Origin: Octopus sinensis
Lineage: Eukaryota
NCBI RefSeq assembly: GCF_006345805.1
Contig: NC_043015.1
Coordinates: 33,790,001 to 33,854,000, forward strand
Direction: 5' to 3'
DNA: 64,000 bases
The position numbers and the translations under genes were made by a program. Positions 13,400 to 26,339 of the stretch are shown piece by piece. The notes beneath the pieces are model-generated. The model ran no database searches and was not told the DNA's origin. It saw only the letters and a list, made by a program, of their open reading frames with translations. Numbering within the stretch: the first letter of the stretch is position 1; the number at the start of each line of letters is the position of its first letter.

Positions 13400-14345
13400 G
13401 TTAAATAGTTGTAACTAAAGGTGCTTTCTCAAGGAAATATCAATTTTGAATGGAGTCCCTCAGGGAACTGGTGGCTCTTTTCGAATGCCTTCAGTTATAT
13501 TGGCAGCCACTTCACCAGGTATGCTGATGATACAAAAGTATCACAAGCAGTCAACAACCTTGATAATAACTCAATACTACAGAAAAGCCTGAATGAAATA
13601 TACAAATGAGAAACAACATGGAGTTCAATGCTGCAAAATTTCAAGCACTCAGCCATCTAACCACTGCCAGATTCCAATCAGAGTACACAGAAGCAGAGTA
13701 CACTGCAATTCCAGAATCACAGTCAGTGCATGACCAAGGAATCCACGTGAGCAATAAAGCTGCATTCCAGGTGCATATTACTAAAATGGCAAAAACATGC
13801 AAGCAATTGGCTGATTAGATTCTGAGATCATTCAGAACAAAGAAAAAAGAAACTATGTTGATCCTATAAAGAAGATTTATTGCCAGTTTCTTGGTCACCA
13901 CAGAGCATCAAACTAATAGCACTTGAGCTCTCAACAGAAAGATGATTGCCTCAGTGCAACAGATGAGCTACTGGCAGAGGCTAAAAGAACCGAGGCTCTA
14001 ATCCTGAGAGTGAAAATGTGAAAGGTGTGTGTGTATATGTATATATATATATGAAAGGTCCAGAGGAGTCTACCACCTAACTTCGGGACTGAAAGTTATA
14101 CCAACTCCAAAATGGATGCCACTGCAAAGTACCAAAGATTCCACCCTCTTCAACTTCAATAAAAACACAATATTGTAAAAGCTTCGAGTTCCAAGGCCAA
14201 CAGCATTTTGATACCAAGCCAAAAATCCTCAGAGAACCTCAAGGCATAGATATGGATGTGTTCAAAGAAAATTTAGATAAATTTTTACATATGATAGCAG
14301 ATGAACCTATATCACAGCAAGAAGTGCAAATAAGGGCAGCTTTGT
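13400..14345 (+). mobile_element. Degenerate CR1/L2-type LINE, RT C-terminal half
   Basis: YADDTKVSQAV...LQKSLNEIYK and NNMEFNAAKFQAL match the YADD catalytic motif and the downstream LQxDLxxxxxW..N.MxFNxxKF pattern. Confidence 0.8.
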
Positions 14346-14506
14346 TCAATACACTGCTTCACTAGTGCCAATGCTCGGGAGAGGGTCAGGGAAATGAGTT
14401 CAACTAGTAACCAAACCAATAGCAGTGTCCCAGTACAGCCAGGACCCAGGACTGAAACTAGCAAAAGTAAATACATAAATGCACACAGACATTTTACTCA
14501 GCAAAA

Positions 14507-14537
<31 letters not shown>

Positions 14538-14593
14538 CACACACACACACATACGTACATATATACATACATACATATACATACATATATATA

Positions 14594-14625
<32 letters not shown>

Positions 14626-14884
14626 CTCATGGTTTGAGTTCTATTTTCCTATTCATATTACCAACCTTACAGACACACACACACATGAGAAATTATGATA
14701 AGGTTATATCATTTGTTCCTTACGTTCACTGTTGTGGTTGTTTAGAACTCAACACTGGATGTTTCAAGCAAAAACGGATGCTTAACAACAATGGAACACC
14801 TTTATTGCATTATGTTACACATATCATCACACTTACAAACAGACTTGCCATAACATAATGAAATAAAGTGTTCACTTAATGGTC

Positions 14885-15390
14885 CATTGTGGTCAAACAT
14901 CCAACTACCCTTCCCTTGGGCAACATCAGTGGCATGAACTGGGAGAGACTTGCTGCATGGGTAACTGATGCTCTCTCATAACAAACCTGCCCAGGCCTCC
15001 ACCCTAGAGAGGGAACTCCAGCATCATATCAGTGATTGCACAACACAGAAAGTAGCAGTGTACAGGTTCTAATCCTGTGCTTAAATTGGCCTGGAACTAA
15101 GATTCAGGGGAAGCGTTCAACAGAGGGAGAGACCACTGCATCTCACTGGACAGCTACGGCCTATTTCATGCAGGGCAAACCTCAGCCAACAGGGTGTTGT
15201 CCATTCACTTTCTGCCAGCTTCACAGGGTACACTGGACTTTAAGAAACAAATCATCTAAATCATGGACGGTATGCACTGCACCAAGCATAAAAATACGAA
15301 AGAGGATGCCAACTCTCATATTAGCATACTGGAATGTACAGACCATGGCCACTAGAGGTGCCAAATCAGGAACAACTACTGTTGCTTGAA
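14885..15390 (+). mobile_element. RTE LINE 5' UTR plus start of AP endonuclease
   Basis: Ends in MPTLILAYWNVQTM, the LxIxxWNVRTL motif that opens RTE endonucleases. Upstream GC-richer UTR-like sequence. Confidence 0.6.
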
Positions 15391-15755
15391 ATATGCTGTG
15401 CTTGAGAAGACCCGGCAAGCCAAATGAGACCATAACCTGTGGCCCGTGCCAGGAGTGTAACCAGCCTGCTTATGCATACCTTTTCCATCCTTGGACACTA
15501 AACTCTGCTTGTGAAGACCTGTTGAGGCAAGAGAAATCAATATCACATTTAATGACTGGCATCCGTACTAGTGCAAAGAGCACCATACGAATGTGATCGT
15601 TGACAGAGCGGCTGACCGGCTTCCATGCCAGTGGTACATAAAAGGCACCATTCGAGTGTGATCGTTAGCAGCGTTGCCTTACTGGCACTTGTGCCCATGC
15701 TAGTAGGGTGCCAAGAGCACCATCCGAGTGTGATCGGTGCCAGAGCAGCCAACTA
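15390..15755 (+). mobile_element. RTE 3' end/3' UTR fragment
   Basis: gctgtgcttgagaagacccggcaag..ccataacctgtggcc..ctctgcttgtgaagacctgttgaggcaag aligns with 50075-50210. Confidence 0.75.
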
Positions 15756-16101
15756 TACAGACACACAGACATATACACACACACACATATATATATACAC
15801 ATATATATATATATATAGACATATACATATACACACATACACACACATATATATACAGACATACACATACATAGATACATATACACACATATATATAGAC
15901 ATATACATACACATATACATACATATATACATACACATATATACACATATATATACATATATACACACACATATACACATATATACAAATATACACACAC
16001 ATATACACATATATACAAATATACACACATATATATACATATATACACATATATATATACATATATACACATATATATATACATATATACACATATATAT
16101 A

Positions 16102-17274
16102 TCTACTACATATGTGGAAAATCGGTGTGTGTTTGTTTGTGGCGTTGTTAGCTAACTGCTACATCGTTTTATTGATTTTGATGAAACATGACACACGAGT
16201 AGAACTCATGTCTGGAAACCATGTGACATACTTAGATTGTTGAAAAAAATCGATAATGCAGTCCCTGGAAGGGACCTTTATATCTACCTCATATAACTAA
16301 TTTTTTTAAACACCCAAGTGAAATAACTCATTGCACTTTTACAGTATTTTTTAAACACTCAACAGAAATAAAACATTTCATTGTTTACGTTCAATTACTT
16401 TGAATATTGATTTTTTGTTTGTTCTATTTCAAATTTTTGCATACAATATCACTTTTATACTTTGACACATGAGAAGAACTCATGTCTGGAAACCTCATGA
16501 CATACTTAGATTGTTGAAAAAAATCGATAATAGGGCCCTTTCAATGGATCCTTCTATCTACTACATATTACTAATATTTTATTTATACAACCCAAGGGAA
16601 ATAACCCATACCACCTGCAGATTTTAGTGAAGCGATCAATATTTGATTCTCACGATCACCCGTCCTAATTCTGCATTTCACTACTCACAGTTTTGAACTG
16701 CTAAACTTTATTATTGCACTTCCTTAAATTGAATCTTAAACCTTAAAGACTTCATTCATACATTTCTATTCATACATACTTTTTTTAATTCCCATTACTC
16801 TGATAAATCTGCATTTTTACAGTTACACTTTTTCCATGACAGAAAAAATTTTTTATCCCACAATCTATTTGTAGTGGCTTCAAGCAGGCATAGTGTGGAT
16901 TCAAACCTCGATTGCCAAATTTCACTTAACACTTCAACAGCGCTTTTCTCAAGGTAAAACAATAGATTTTCTGTGAATGACAGCAGTTATGCATTTCCTA
17001 GATGCCATCACTAAGCAGATTAATGTCTTTGCCTCTCCTCAACCTCCGACAACATTTCTTACCAACCTCCAACAACCTTTCTCACCAACCTCCAAAAGCC
17101 TCTCTCACCAGCATCCAACAATCCCTCCTCCATCAGACAGTTTTTTTGTACATTTTTGTGATGGAAAATACACCAGTTATGGCAGCTAAAATGAAATTGC
17201 TTTCTTATATCAGAGTAATAAGGCGTTTCAATAGAACATATTTAACCCCGGGAATAACCGGGTACACCAGCTAG
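16102..17274 (+). mobile_element. Complete non-autonomous Helitron (1173 bp)
   Basis: 5' end A|TC (a16101, TC16102-03). 3' end CTAG|T (17271-75), preceded by GC hairpin CCCGG-GAATAA-CCGGG (17247-62) 8 nt upstream. No TSD; inserted in a TA/CA microsatellite. All canonical Helitron terminal hallmarks are present. Confidence 0.8.
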
Positions 17275-17617
17275 TATGCATATATGTATATACATATATA
17301 CACACATATACATACACACATATATATATACATATACATATATATACATACAAATGTATATATATATACACATACACATACAAATGTATATATACATATA
17401 TATATATACATACATATACATATACACATATACATACATACAAATGTATATATACATATATATATATACATACATATACATACATACATATACATACATA
17501 CATATACACATATATATATATACATATATACGCATACATATATATATACATATATACGCATACATATATACGCATACATATATATATACATATATACGCA
17601 TACATATATACGCATAC

Positions 17618-17656
<39 letters not shown>

Positions 17657-18004
17657 CATATATACGCATACATATATACATATATTACATATATATATAT
17701 ATATAATATACATATATACGCATACGTATACATATATATACATATAATACGCTACATATATATATATACACATATATATATATATACGCATACATATATA
17801 TATACACATACATATATATACACATACATATATACACATACATATATATACACATACATATATATACACATACATATACAGATACATATACACATACATA
17901 TATATACATATACATATATATACACATACATATATATACACATACATATACATACACATACATATACATACACATACATATACACATACATATATATACA
18001 CATA
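17275..18004. repeat. Compound (TA)/(CA)/(TACA) microsatellite field
   Basis: Directly visible; source of the YIH-rich pseudo-ORFs. Confidence 0.95.
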
Positions 18005-18387
18005 CTCTTTACTCTCTTTTACTTGTTTCAGTCATTTGACTGTGGCCATGCTGGAGCACCGCCTTCAGTCGAGCAAATCGACCCCAGGACTTATTCTTTG
18101 TAAGTCCAGTACTTATTCTATCGGTCTCTTTTGCCGAACCGCTAAGCATCGGTTGTCAAGCAATGCTGGAGGGACAAACACAGACACACAAACATACACA
18201 CACATATATATATATACATATATACGACGGGCTTCTTTCAGTTTCCATCTACCAAATCCACTCACAAGGCTTTGGTCGGCCCGAGGCTATAGCAGAAGAC
18301 ACTTGCCCAAGATGCCACACAGTGGGACTGAACCTGGAGCCATGTGGTTGGTAAGCTAGCTACTTACCACACAGCCACTCCTGCGCC
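18005..18387 (-). mobile_element. Family A SINE, young near full-length copy
   Basis: Retains many CpGs (gtcgagcaaatcgacccc, ccgaaccgctaag, ggtcggcccgaggc). Runs from tail ctcttttacttgtttcagtc to head ccacacagccactcctgcgcc. Confidence 0.9.
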
Positions 18388-19120
18388 TATATACATATAT
18401 ATACACATACATATATATACACATACATATATATACACATACATATATATACACATGTATATATATACACATACATATACACATGTATATATATACACAT
18501 ACATATACACATGTATATATATACACATACATATACACATTATATATATATACATATACACATGTATATATATATACACATGTATATATATATATACACA
18601 TGTATATATATATATACATATACACATGTATATATATATATACTAATACACATGTATATATATATATATACACATACACATGTATATATATACACATACA
18701 CATGTATATATATACACATACACATGTATATATATACACATACACATGTATATATATATATACATATACACATGTATATATATATATATCCATATACACA
18801 TGTATATATATATATATATATCCATATACACATGTATATATATATATATCCATATACACATGTATATATATATATATACATATACACACGTATATATATA
18901 CACATACATATACACATATATACACACATACATATATACACACATACATAAATATATATATATATACACATACATATATACACACATACATATATATATA
19001 TATATCCACATACATATATACACACATACATATATACATGTATATATATATATATACATATATACATGTATATATATATATACATATATACATGTATATA
19101 TATATATATACATATACATA
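18388..19120. repeat. Compound TA-rich microsatellite/minisatellite (tatacacatgta units)
   Basis: Directly visible. Confidence 0.95.
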
Positions 19121-20085
19121 ACAAACACCATCCGAGCGTGGCCGTCCACCAGCCCCGTCTGGCACCTGTGTCGGTGACACATAAGAAAACACCATCCGAG
19201 CGTGGCCGTCAGCCAGCCTCGTCTGGCACCTGTGTCGGTGGCACATAAAAAACACCATCCGAGCGTGGCCGTCTGCCAGCCTCGTCTGGCACCTGTGTCA
19301 GTGGCACATAAAATCACCCACTACACTCTCGGAGTGGTTGGCGTTAGGAAGGGCATCCAGCTGTAGAAACACTGCCAGATCTGACTGGCCTGGTGCAGCC
19401 TTCGGGCTTGCCAGACCCCAGTTGAACCGTCCAACCCATGCTAGCATGGAAAGCGGACGTTAAACGATGATGATGATGATGATACACATGTATATATACA
19501 TATACATATACACATGTATATATACATATACATATACACATGTATATATACATATACATATACACATGTATATATACATATACATATACACATGTATATA
19601 TACATATACATATACATATGTATATATATATACATATATACATGTATATATATATATACATATATACATATATACATGTATATATATATACATATATACA
19701 TGTATAATATATATATACATATACATAACAAACACCATCCGAGCGTGGCCGTCCACCAGCCCCGTCTGGCACCTGTGTCGGTGACACATAAGAAAACACC
19801 ATCCGAGCGTGGCCGTCAGCCAGCCTCGTCTGGCACCTGTGTCGGTGGCACATAAAAAACACCATCCGAGCGTGGCCGTCTGCCAGCCTCGTCTGGCACC
19901 TGTGTCAGTGGCACATAAAATCACCCACTACACTCTCGGAGTGGTTGGCGTTAGGAAGGGCATCCAGCTGTAGAAACACTGCCAGATCTGACTGGCCTGG
20001 TGCAGCCTTCGGGCTTGCCAGACCCCAGTTGAACCGTCCAACCCATGCTAGCATGGAAAGCGGACGTTAAACGATGATGATGATA
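19121..20085 (+). repeat. Two identical RTE-tail copies in a 607-bp tandem duplication
   Basis: acaaacaccatccgagcgtgg at 19121 and 19728; ctagcatgga at 19441 and 20048. Each copy has three about 63-bp subrepeats and a (GAT)n end. Confidence 0.95.
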
Positions 20086-20649
20086 CACATGTATATACAT
20101 ATACATATACACATGTATATATACATATACATATACACATGTATATATACATATACATATACACATGTATATATACATATACATATACACATGTATATAT
20201 ACATATACATATACATATGTATATATATATATACATATACACATGTATATATATATATACATATAAACATGTATATATATATATACATATACACATATAT
20301 ATATATTCACACACATGTATATACACAGACATATATACACAAGTATACACACATATATATACATATATATATATATACACACACACACATATATATATAT
20401 ATATTTATACGTGTACGTATTTGTGTTTGTTCCTATCACTGCTTAACAACTTATGGTGTTGTATTTACGCTCTCACCCCCGTAACTTAGTAGTTCAGCAA
20501 AAGAGACTGACTAACTAGCAGGTTTAAAAAACAAGGACTAAGGTCGATTCCTGAGACCAAAATTCTGCAAGGCACTGCCCTGCCCTGACATGTCCTCAGT
20601 CTAAAGGCTGAAACAAATAAAAGACACAAAAGATACATGTGTGTGGGGG

Positions 20650-20938
20650 TGGGGGGCATGTCTGTGGGATAAGAAATTCGCTTCCCAAACATATGGTTCT
20701 GGGTTCAGTCCCACCACATGACACGTGTCTTCTGCTATAACCTTGACCTTGTGAGTAGATTTCAGACAGTAACTGAAAGAAAATCTTGTCGTGTGTGTAT
20801 GAACATTTGTGTTGGTGTTTATCCCCTGCCACAGCTTGACAACCAGTGTTGGTTTGTTTACATCATAACTTCAATACTGGAGTCAACCTGCTTTACTAGA
20901 CCACTCAAAGCATGGCTGCAGTCTAATGACTGAAACAA
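20650..20938 (+). mobile_element. Family A SINE
   Basis: Head ggcatgtctgtgggataagaaattcgcttccca..gggttcagtccca, tail gcatggctgcagtctaatgactgaaacaag. Confidence 0.8.
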
Positions 20939-20982
20939 GATGTATGCATGGATGTATGTATGTATGTATATATATATATATA

Positions 20983-21168
20983 TAACGAAGAGGGTCTTTG
21001 CAACAAGTTGCTAGACCACATACCGAAAGTATTAGAAATACCAGCCAGAGGACTGTTATTTCTTTTACTACAAAAAGAAATAGTAAAAGAAATAACAGTC
21101 CTCTGGCTGCTATTTCGAATACTTTCGGTATGTGGTCTAACAACTTGTTGCAAAGACCCTCTTTGTTA
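20983..21168. mobile_element. Fold-back palindromic element (88-bp arms, 10-nt loop) within (TA)n
   Basis: 20983-21070 is the reverse complement of 21081-21168 with 4 substitutions; (TA)n on both flanks. Confidence 0.85.
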
Positions 21169-21268
21169 TATATATATAAACTTTTACTGAATATGGTCCT
21201 TTTCCATACCGAAATACTACTTGGTGAAATTTGTTGATTTTATTAAATTAATTATATTTCACCCTTTA

Positions 21269-21303
<35 letters not shown>

Positions 21304-22057
21304 CATATAAAATATATCATACAAAAATACATGCTATATAAAAGTATTTCATATATCTATATTACATATATATATACTTAATATATAGGTAAACACATGA
21401 TGAATATTATATCACATATATATATATATGAATAATATGTGAAATATGTATACCTTATGAAAACTTTGCTAAATGGACACAGAAGTCTGGTGCAGGCTCC
21501 TGCCTAGCTAGCTCCTGTGAAACCATCCAACCCATGCCAGCATGGAAGCCAGATGTTAAACAATAATGATGATGATACATATATACATATATAATATATA
21601 ATAATATTGTAATATTTCTCTTTCTAAGTTTTGGCACAAAGCAAGCAATTCTGAAGAGAGAAGACAAGTCCACTACTTGACTGGTATTTATTTCATTGTC
21701 TCCAAAGTATGAAAGGCAAAATGAAATCTGATAGAATTTGAACTCAGAACATTACGAGTTGACAAAAATAGCATAAAGCAATTTTTGCAATGCTCTCTCG
21801 ATTCTGCCAGTTCACCAAATAATTTAAACACACACATACATTTATGTATATGCACACATACATATCCACATACACACCCTTATGTACACAGTGGCATGAG
21901 TTGGATGGTTTGATAGGATCTGGTGAACCCAAGCACTGCATCGTGGTTCAGTGTCTTCCTAACACCAACCACTCAACAGTGTGTACTGGATGCATTCTCC
22001 ATGCCACTGCCACTCATGACGTTGCCAGTCAACCAGCATGGTGACAAATCCCGAGGA

Positions 22058-22151
22058 GCAGCTTTAACACTGGGAGTTGGACAAAAGGGGCAGCTTTAAC
22101 ACTGGGAGTTGGACAAAAGGGGCAGCTTTAACACTGGGAGTTGGACAAAAG
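22058..22151. repeat. 32-bp minisatellite, about 3 copies
   Basis: gcagctttaacactgggagttggacaaaaggg repeated twice in full plus 30 nt. Confidence 0.95.
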
Positions 22152-22631
22152 TATGAGAAACGGGGGGGGGGTAGAGAAGAACAGGTTCCTTACTGTAGAG
22201 GAACCACATGACTACTTATGTTTTAGACAAGACATAGGAGTGCTCAAGTGGAAGCAGTCGGATGATCTGTCACGGAAGGGGGCCCCCAAAACTGGGTAGA
22301 AAATAAAATCTGCAAGAGGGTATGGGTGTGGTTAGAGAGGGAGAGGGAGCGAGAGGGGAAGAGGGATCTGTAACGATTGTAAAGATTGGGTTGGGCTGAG
22401 TGGCAGATGCAGTGATTTGTGAATGACCAACGATGCATGAGTTGGAAGAAAGGCTGGGATCAGAAGATAACGGAGAGTGCAGAGCAGCAGAAGAGCAACG
22501 ATGATACAGCAGACGTGTGTATATGCACATATACACGTGTGTGTGTGTGCAAATACGTACATATATCTACATACACACACACCCAGATACATATACAATA
22601 CATATATGCATATGCACACATACATGTGTAT

Positions 22632-22664
<33 letters not shown>

Positions 22665-23540
22665 CATATACGTATACACAGACATACACTCATGTACCTA
22701 CATATGCATCAACATGTGCACGTACACATGTATCAATACATTATTATTTATATATATATCTGTGTATGTGTGTGTATATATATATATACACATACATGTA
22801 TGTGTGTGTATATATATATATATCATCCTCCTCCTCCTCCTCCTAACATTCACTTTCCTATGCTTACATGGGTTGGGCAGAGGTTATGATGCAGATGCTT
22901 CTCCAGCGTGTCCCCAAGCAATGCATCTTTTCCCCGTTGCACACCACAGCCAGAAATATCTTCACAGAATGTTGAAAATGAATGAGACTGCTTGTGGCAT
23001 CAGTGACACTCGTTTACAACTATGACACGACGTGAAGACACACACACGCACGCACGCACGCACACACAACAAGTTCCTTTCAGTTCCTCTCTGCCAAATA
23101 CACTCCTGTAGCATTGCCAGCCCAGGGCTATCGCAAAAGACACTTGTATATACGTATGTATCTATGTATGTGTATTTATATATAGGTATATATGTATATA
23201 GACATTTCTATGTGTGTGTGTGTGTATATGTATATATATATATATATATATATTTATATGTTTGTGTGTGTGTGTGTGCGCGCTTGTGTTTACCCTTGTC
23301 TTGACATCACGTGATGATGTAAATGAGCATCATCATCATCATCACCATATTAAACAATGCTGTTCATTTCCAGTCTTTCCCTGGTGAAATATTGCCTTTC
23401 ATGGAAAATAGTTGAAGGTTGGCAATATGAAGGGCATCCAGCCAGAGAAGATTTACCTCAGCGAAATCCATAAAATAACAGTAGTGAAGATTTCATATAT
23501 ATATACACATATACAAATATATATATATAGAGAGAGAGAG

Positions 23541-23577
<37 letters not shown>

Positions 23578-24084
23578 TGCACAAGATGGATAGATAGATA
23601 TATAGATAGATAGATATATAAATAGATAGATAGATAGATAGTAGGATAGATAGATAGATAGATAGATTGATAGGTAGGTAGATTGATAGGTAGGTAGGTA
23701 GATAGATAGATATGGATATTGATATCCGATTCCAATATAGTAAATAGCATGAATACACTTTTATTATTATCATTATTATTATTATCATCATCATTATTAT
23801 TATTAATGTCGTTATCATTATTCTCAAAATTTTTCCTTATTGTTAATACTACCGTTGTAGCTCTCTTACTGTTCGGTAACAGACAATGTTGTTCAGCAGC
23901 AAGATTAAGCGGTGGGTGTTATAAACCAATTAGTATATCTCCTTGTTTCACTTTGTACTGAAGACTAACAGACAACCAAGGAATGGTTTCAGGGAAAGAA
24001 AATAGGATAGCATACCTCGTGTCTTCATTTTTGTCCGTTTAATAATCTAGCTTTTCCCCGTAGTAAAGGCTTGTACAGGCTCAG

Positions 24085-25250
24085 ACTGCAGTGATGATGA
24101 TGACGGTGGTGGTGGTAGCAGTAGTAGCAGAGGTACCAGTAGTAGTGATAGTAGTAGTAGTATTGTGGTGGATATTGCTCTTGTTTTTGTTGTTCTTTAT
24201 ATATTAGTGTTGCCACCGTTTAGATAAAGCTCCTTGCACTGCAAGTAGCAGTCGAAACTTAGTGATGATGAGGATGATGATAGTGGCGGTGGTGATAATG
24301 GTAGAGGTGGTGGTGGTGGTGATGGTGGTGGAAACGGTAGCAGTAATGATTACATTGATGTAAGTGGTGGTTATAGTGATGATGCAGATAATACGGATGG
24401 TGACCATGATGATGCCAACGCTGACAATGAAGGTGATGGTGATAAATACTAAATATCACACTAGAATTTCATTAGTACACACACACACACAACACACACA
24501 TTCACACATACTGGCAAAGAGCACACATATGCATTAAATAGAATGCGTGTGTGTGTGTAGGGGAGAGAGGGAGATAATTGCAAAAGTGAAAGTGAAACAC
24601 ACATTCTTACATATATAAACATGAATACACACACACAGATAAGGGAACAAACAGAAACAGTAACATATACACACACACACACATACTGAAACACGTGTAC
24701 ATATACATATTACACATTATATAACACAAACACATCGCTTGGGGAAAGGGTGAGTGCAGCAACGACAACAACAACATCAGTATACAGGATGATGATGTCG
24801 TAGAATCAGTGGGTTTCATTCACCACTGGTGACATCTACTACTAATATTACATGTAGTAGTAGTTGTAATAGTAGTATAGTTATGATAGTGGTAGTGACA
24901 ATAGTAGTAAAGATGCTGGTCGTCACTACTAATTCAATTTATAACACTACAACTACTACTACCACACAATTACAAACAACTACTGTTACTACTACTATTG
25001 CGGCACTAACGGTCATATTAATAGTAGTATGTAGAGCTTGTACTATCATTACATTCAATATGTAGTAGTAGTTGTAGTAGTCACCAGATGACAATTGTTA
25101 TAACCACCACTACAACCATCAATAGATTCAGTAGCAGTAAGCCTCATATGTCGTGTATTCATACTACTATAAGAAGAAGTATTAGTAGTAGTAGTAGTAA
25201 TAGTAGTAGCAGTAGTAGTAGTAATAGTAGTAGCAGTAGTAGTAGCAGTA
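24085..25250. repeat. Degenerate trinucleotide low-complexity field (GTG/GAT/GTA and CTA units)
   Basis: Directly visible. Similar fields at about 760-1130, 51360-51660 and 53095-53440. Confidence 0.85.
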
Positions 25251-25679
25251 AAGCACCTTTCTTACAGACATTTTTTCTTTTTTTTTTTTTAGTGAAGGAG
25301 GTACTATTATGATGTCAATAATTTTGAACATCATAGACTGCTTTTTTGCCTCCCTTATAAATGAGATCTTGTTCTCCAGAAGCTAGTTATTTATTTTATT
25401 TTATTTTATTATTGTTTTTTTTTTGTTTTTTCCAAAGGGGTTCCTGTAATGTTTTCCACTGTAATACATGGTACAGCTCCAAGGACCTCCACTTTGTATA
25501 CAGCTTCACTTCAGTGTTAATGCTTGTCTTAACAGATTATCTCCTCGGTTCTTATGCTATGATTCTGTTGTTCTATATATGTGTTATGGCACTGAGGGGG
25601 GGGGGACTGAGTAGGCCATGTCATGTACAGTGTGACCCAGTGTTGAGTGAGTCCAGTGTAGCATGAATGTGGTGTGAAG

Positions 25680-26000
25680 TGGGTTTATAGTAATGAGAGG
25701 TTACCTATTTGTTTATTTTATTCAGGTGGACCCCACCCCCGTAGCCATTTGATGTGTTTAAGAACTAATTTTATTGATACTTCTTTCAAAATTCCTATTT
25801 TGTTATTCACTCATTCACTTGTATAGGTTGAACTATGTAAAATAGTTAGAGAAAAACATCTAGCTGTTTCTTGCAAAACATAATACATTTAAATCAAAAC
25901 TTTTCATGGACCCTTAAAATAATACTGTGGATTTCAAATTTACTATCTTGCTAGCATGCATCCCCAAGAGTCATGTGGACCCCAGCTGAGAACCATTGGT
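25680..26000 (+). mobile_element. hAT-like MITE (same family as 54878-55199)
   Basis: Shared ctgtttcttgca, catggacccttaaaat and terminal catgtggacccccagctgagaaccattg. Confidence 0.65.
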
Positions 26001-26339
26001 GCAGAACCTAGTGTTATGATATTGAGAAGGTGATGTACAGAATATAGTATAAGGTGTGTTGTGGTATTGAGAGGTGTGGCTGTGTGGTTAGAAACTTGCT
26101 TCCCAACCACATTGTTCCAGGTTCAGTCCCATTGCATGGCACCTTCTACTATAGCCATGTCAGTGGATTTGGTAGATGGAAATTGAATATATATTTGTGT
26201 GTGTGTGTGTACTTTTGCCATTGCTTGACAACCAATACTAGTGTGTTTATGTCCCCATAACTTAGCAGTCCAGCAAAGACACCAATAGAATAAGTACTAG
26301 GCTTACAAAGAATAAGTCCTGGGGGTGATTAAAATCCTC

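Noticed and set aside
19126-19315. Three about 63-bp GC-rich repeats resembling a CRISPR array
   Set aside because: Units are contiguous with no unique spacers, lie in a retroelement 3' tail in eukaryotic DNA, and have no cas genes.
14394-20490. Many 100-300 aa ORFs rich in Y/I/H/T/C/V/M
   Set aside because: Translations of TA/CA/TG microsatellites, open in several frames on both strands; no coding signal.
21182-21230. CTGAATA...CCGAAA hammerhead-like relic
   Set aside because: Core mismatched, helix III and cleavage triplet absent.
22058-22151. 32-bp direct repeats of CRISPR-like length
   Set aside because: Head-to-tail with no spacers; ordinary minisatellite.
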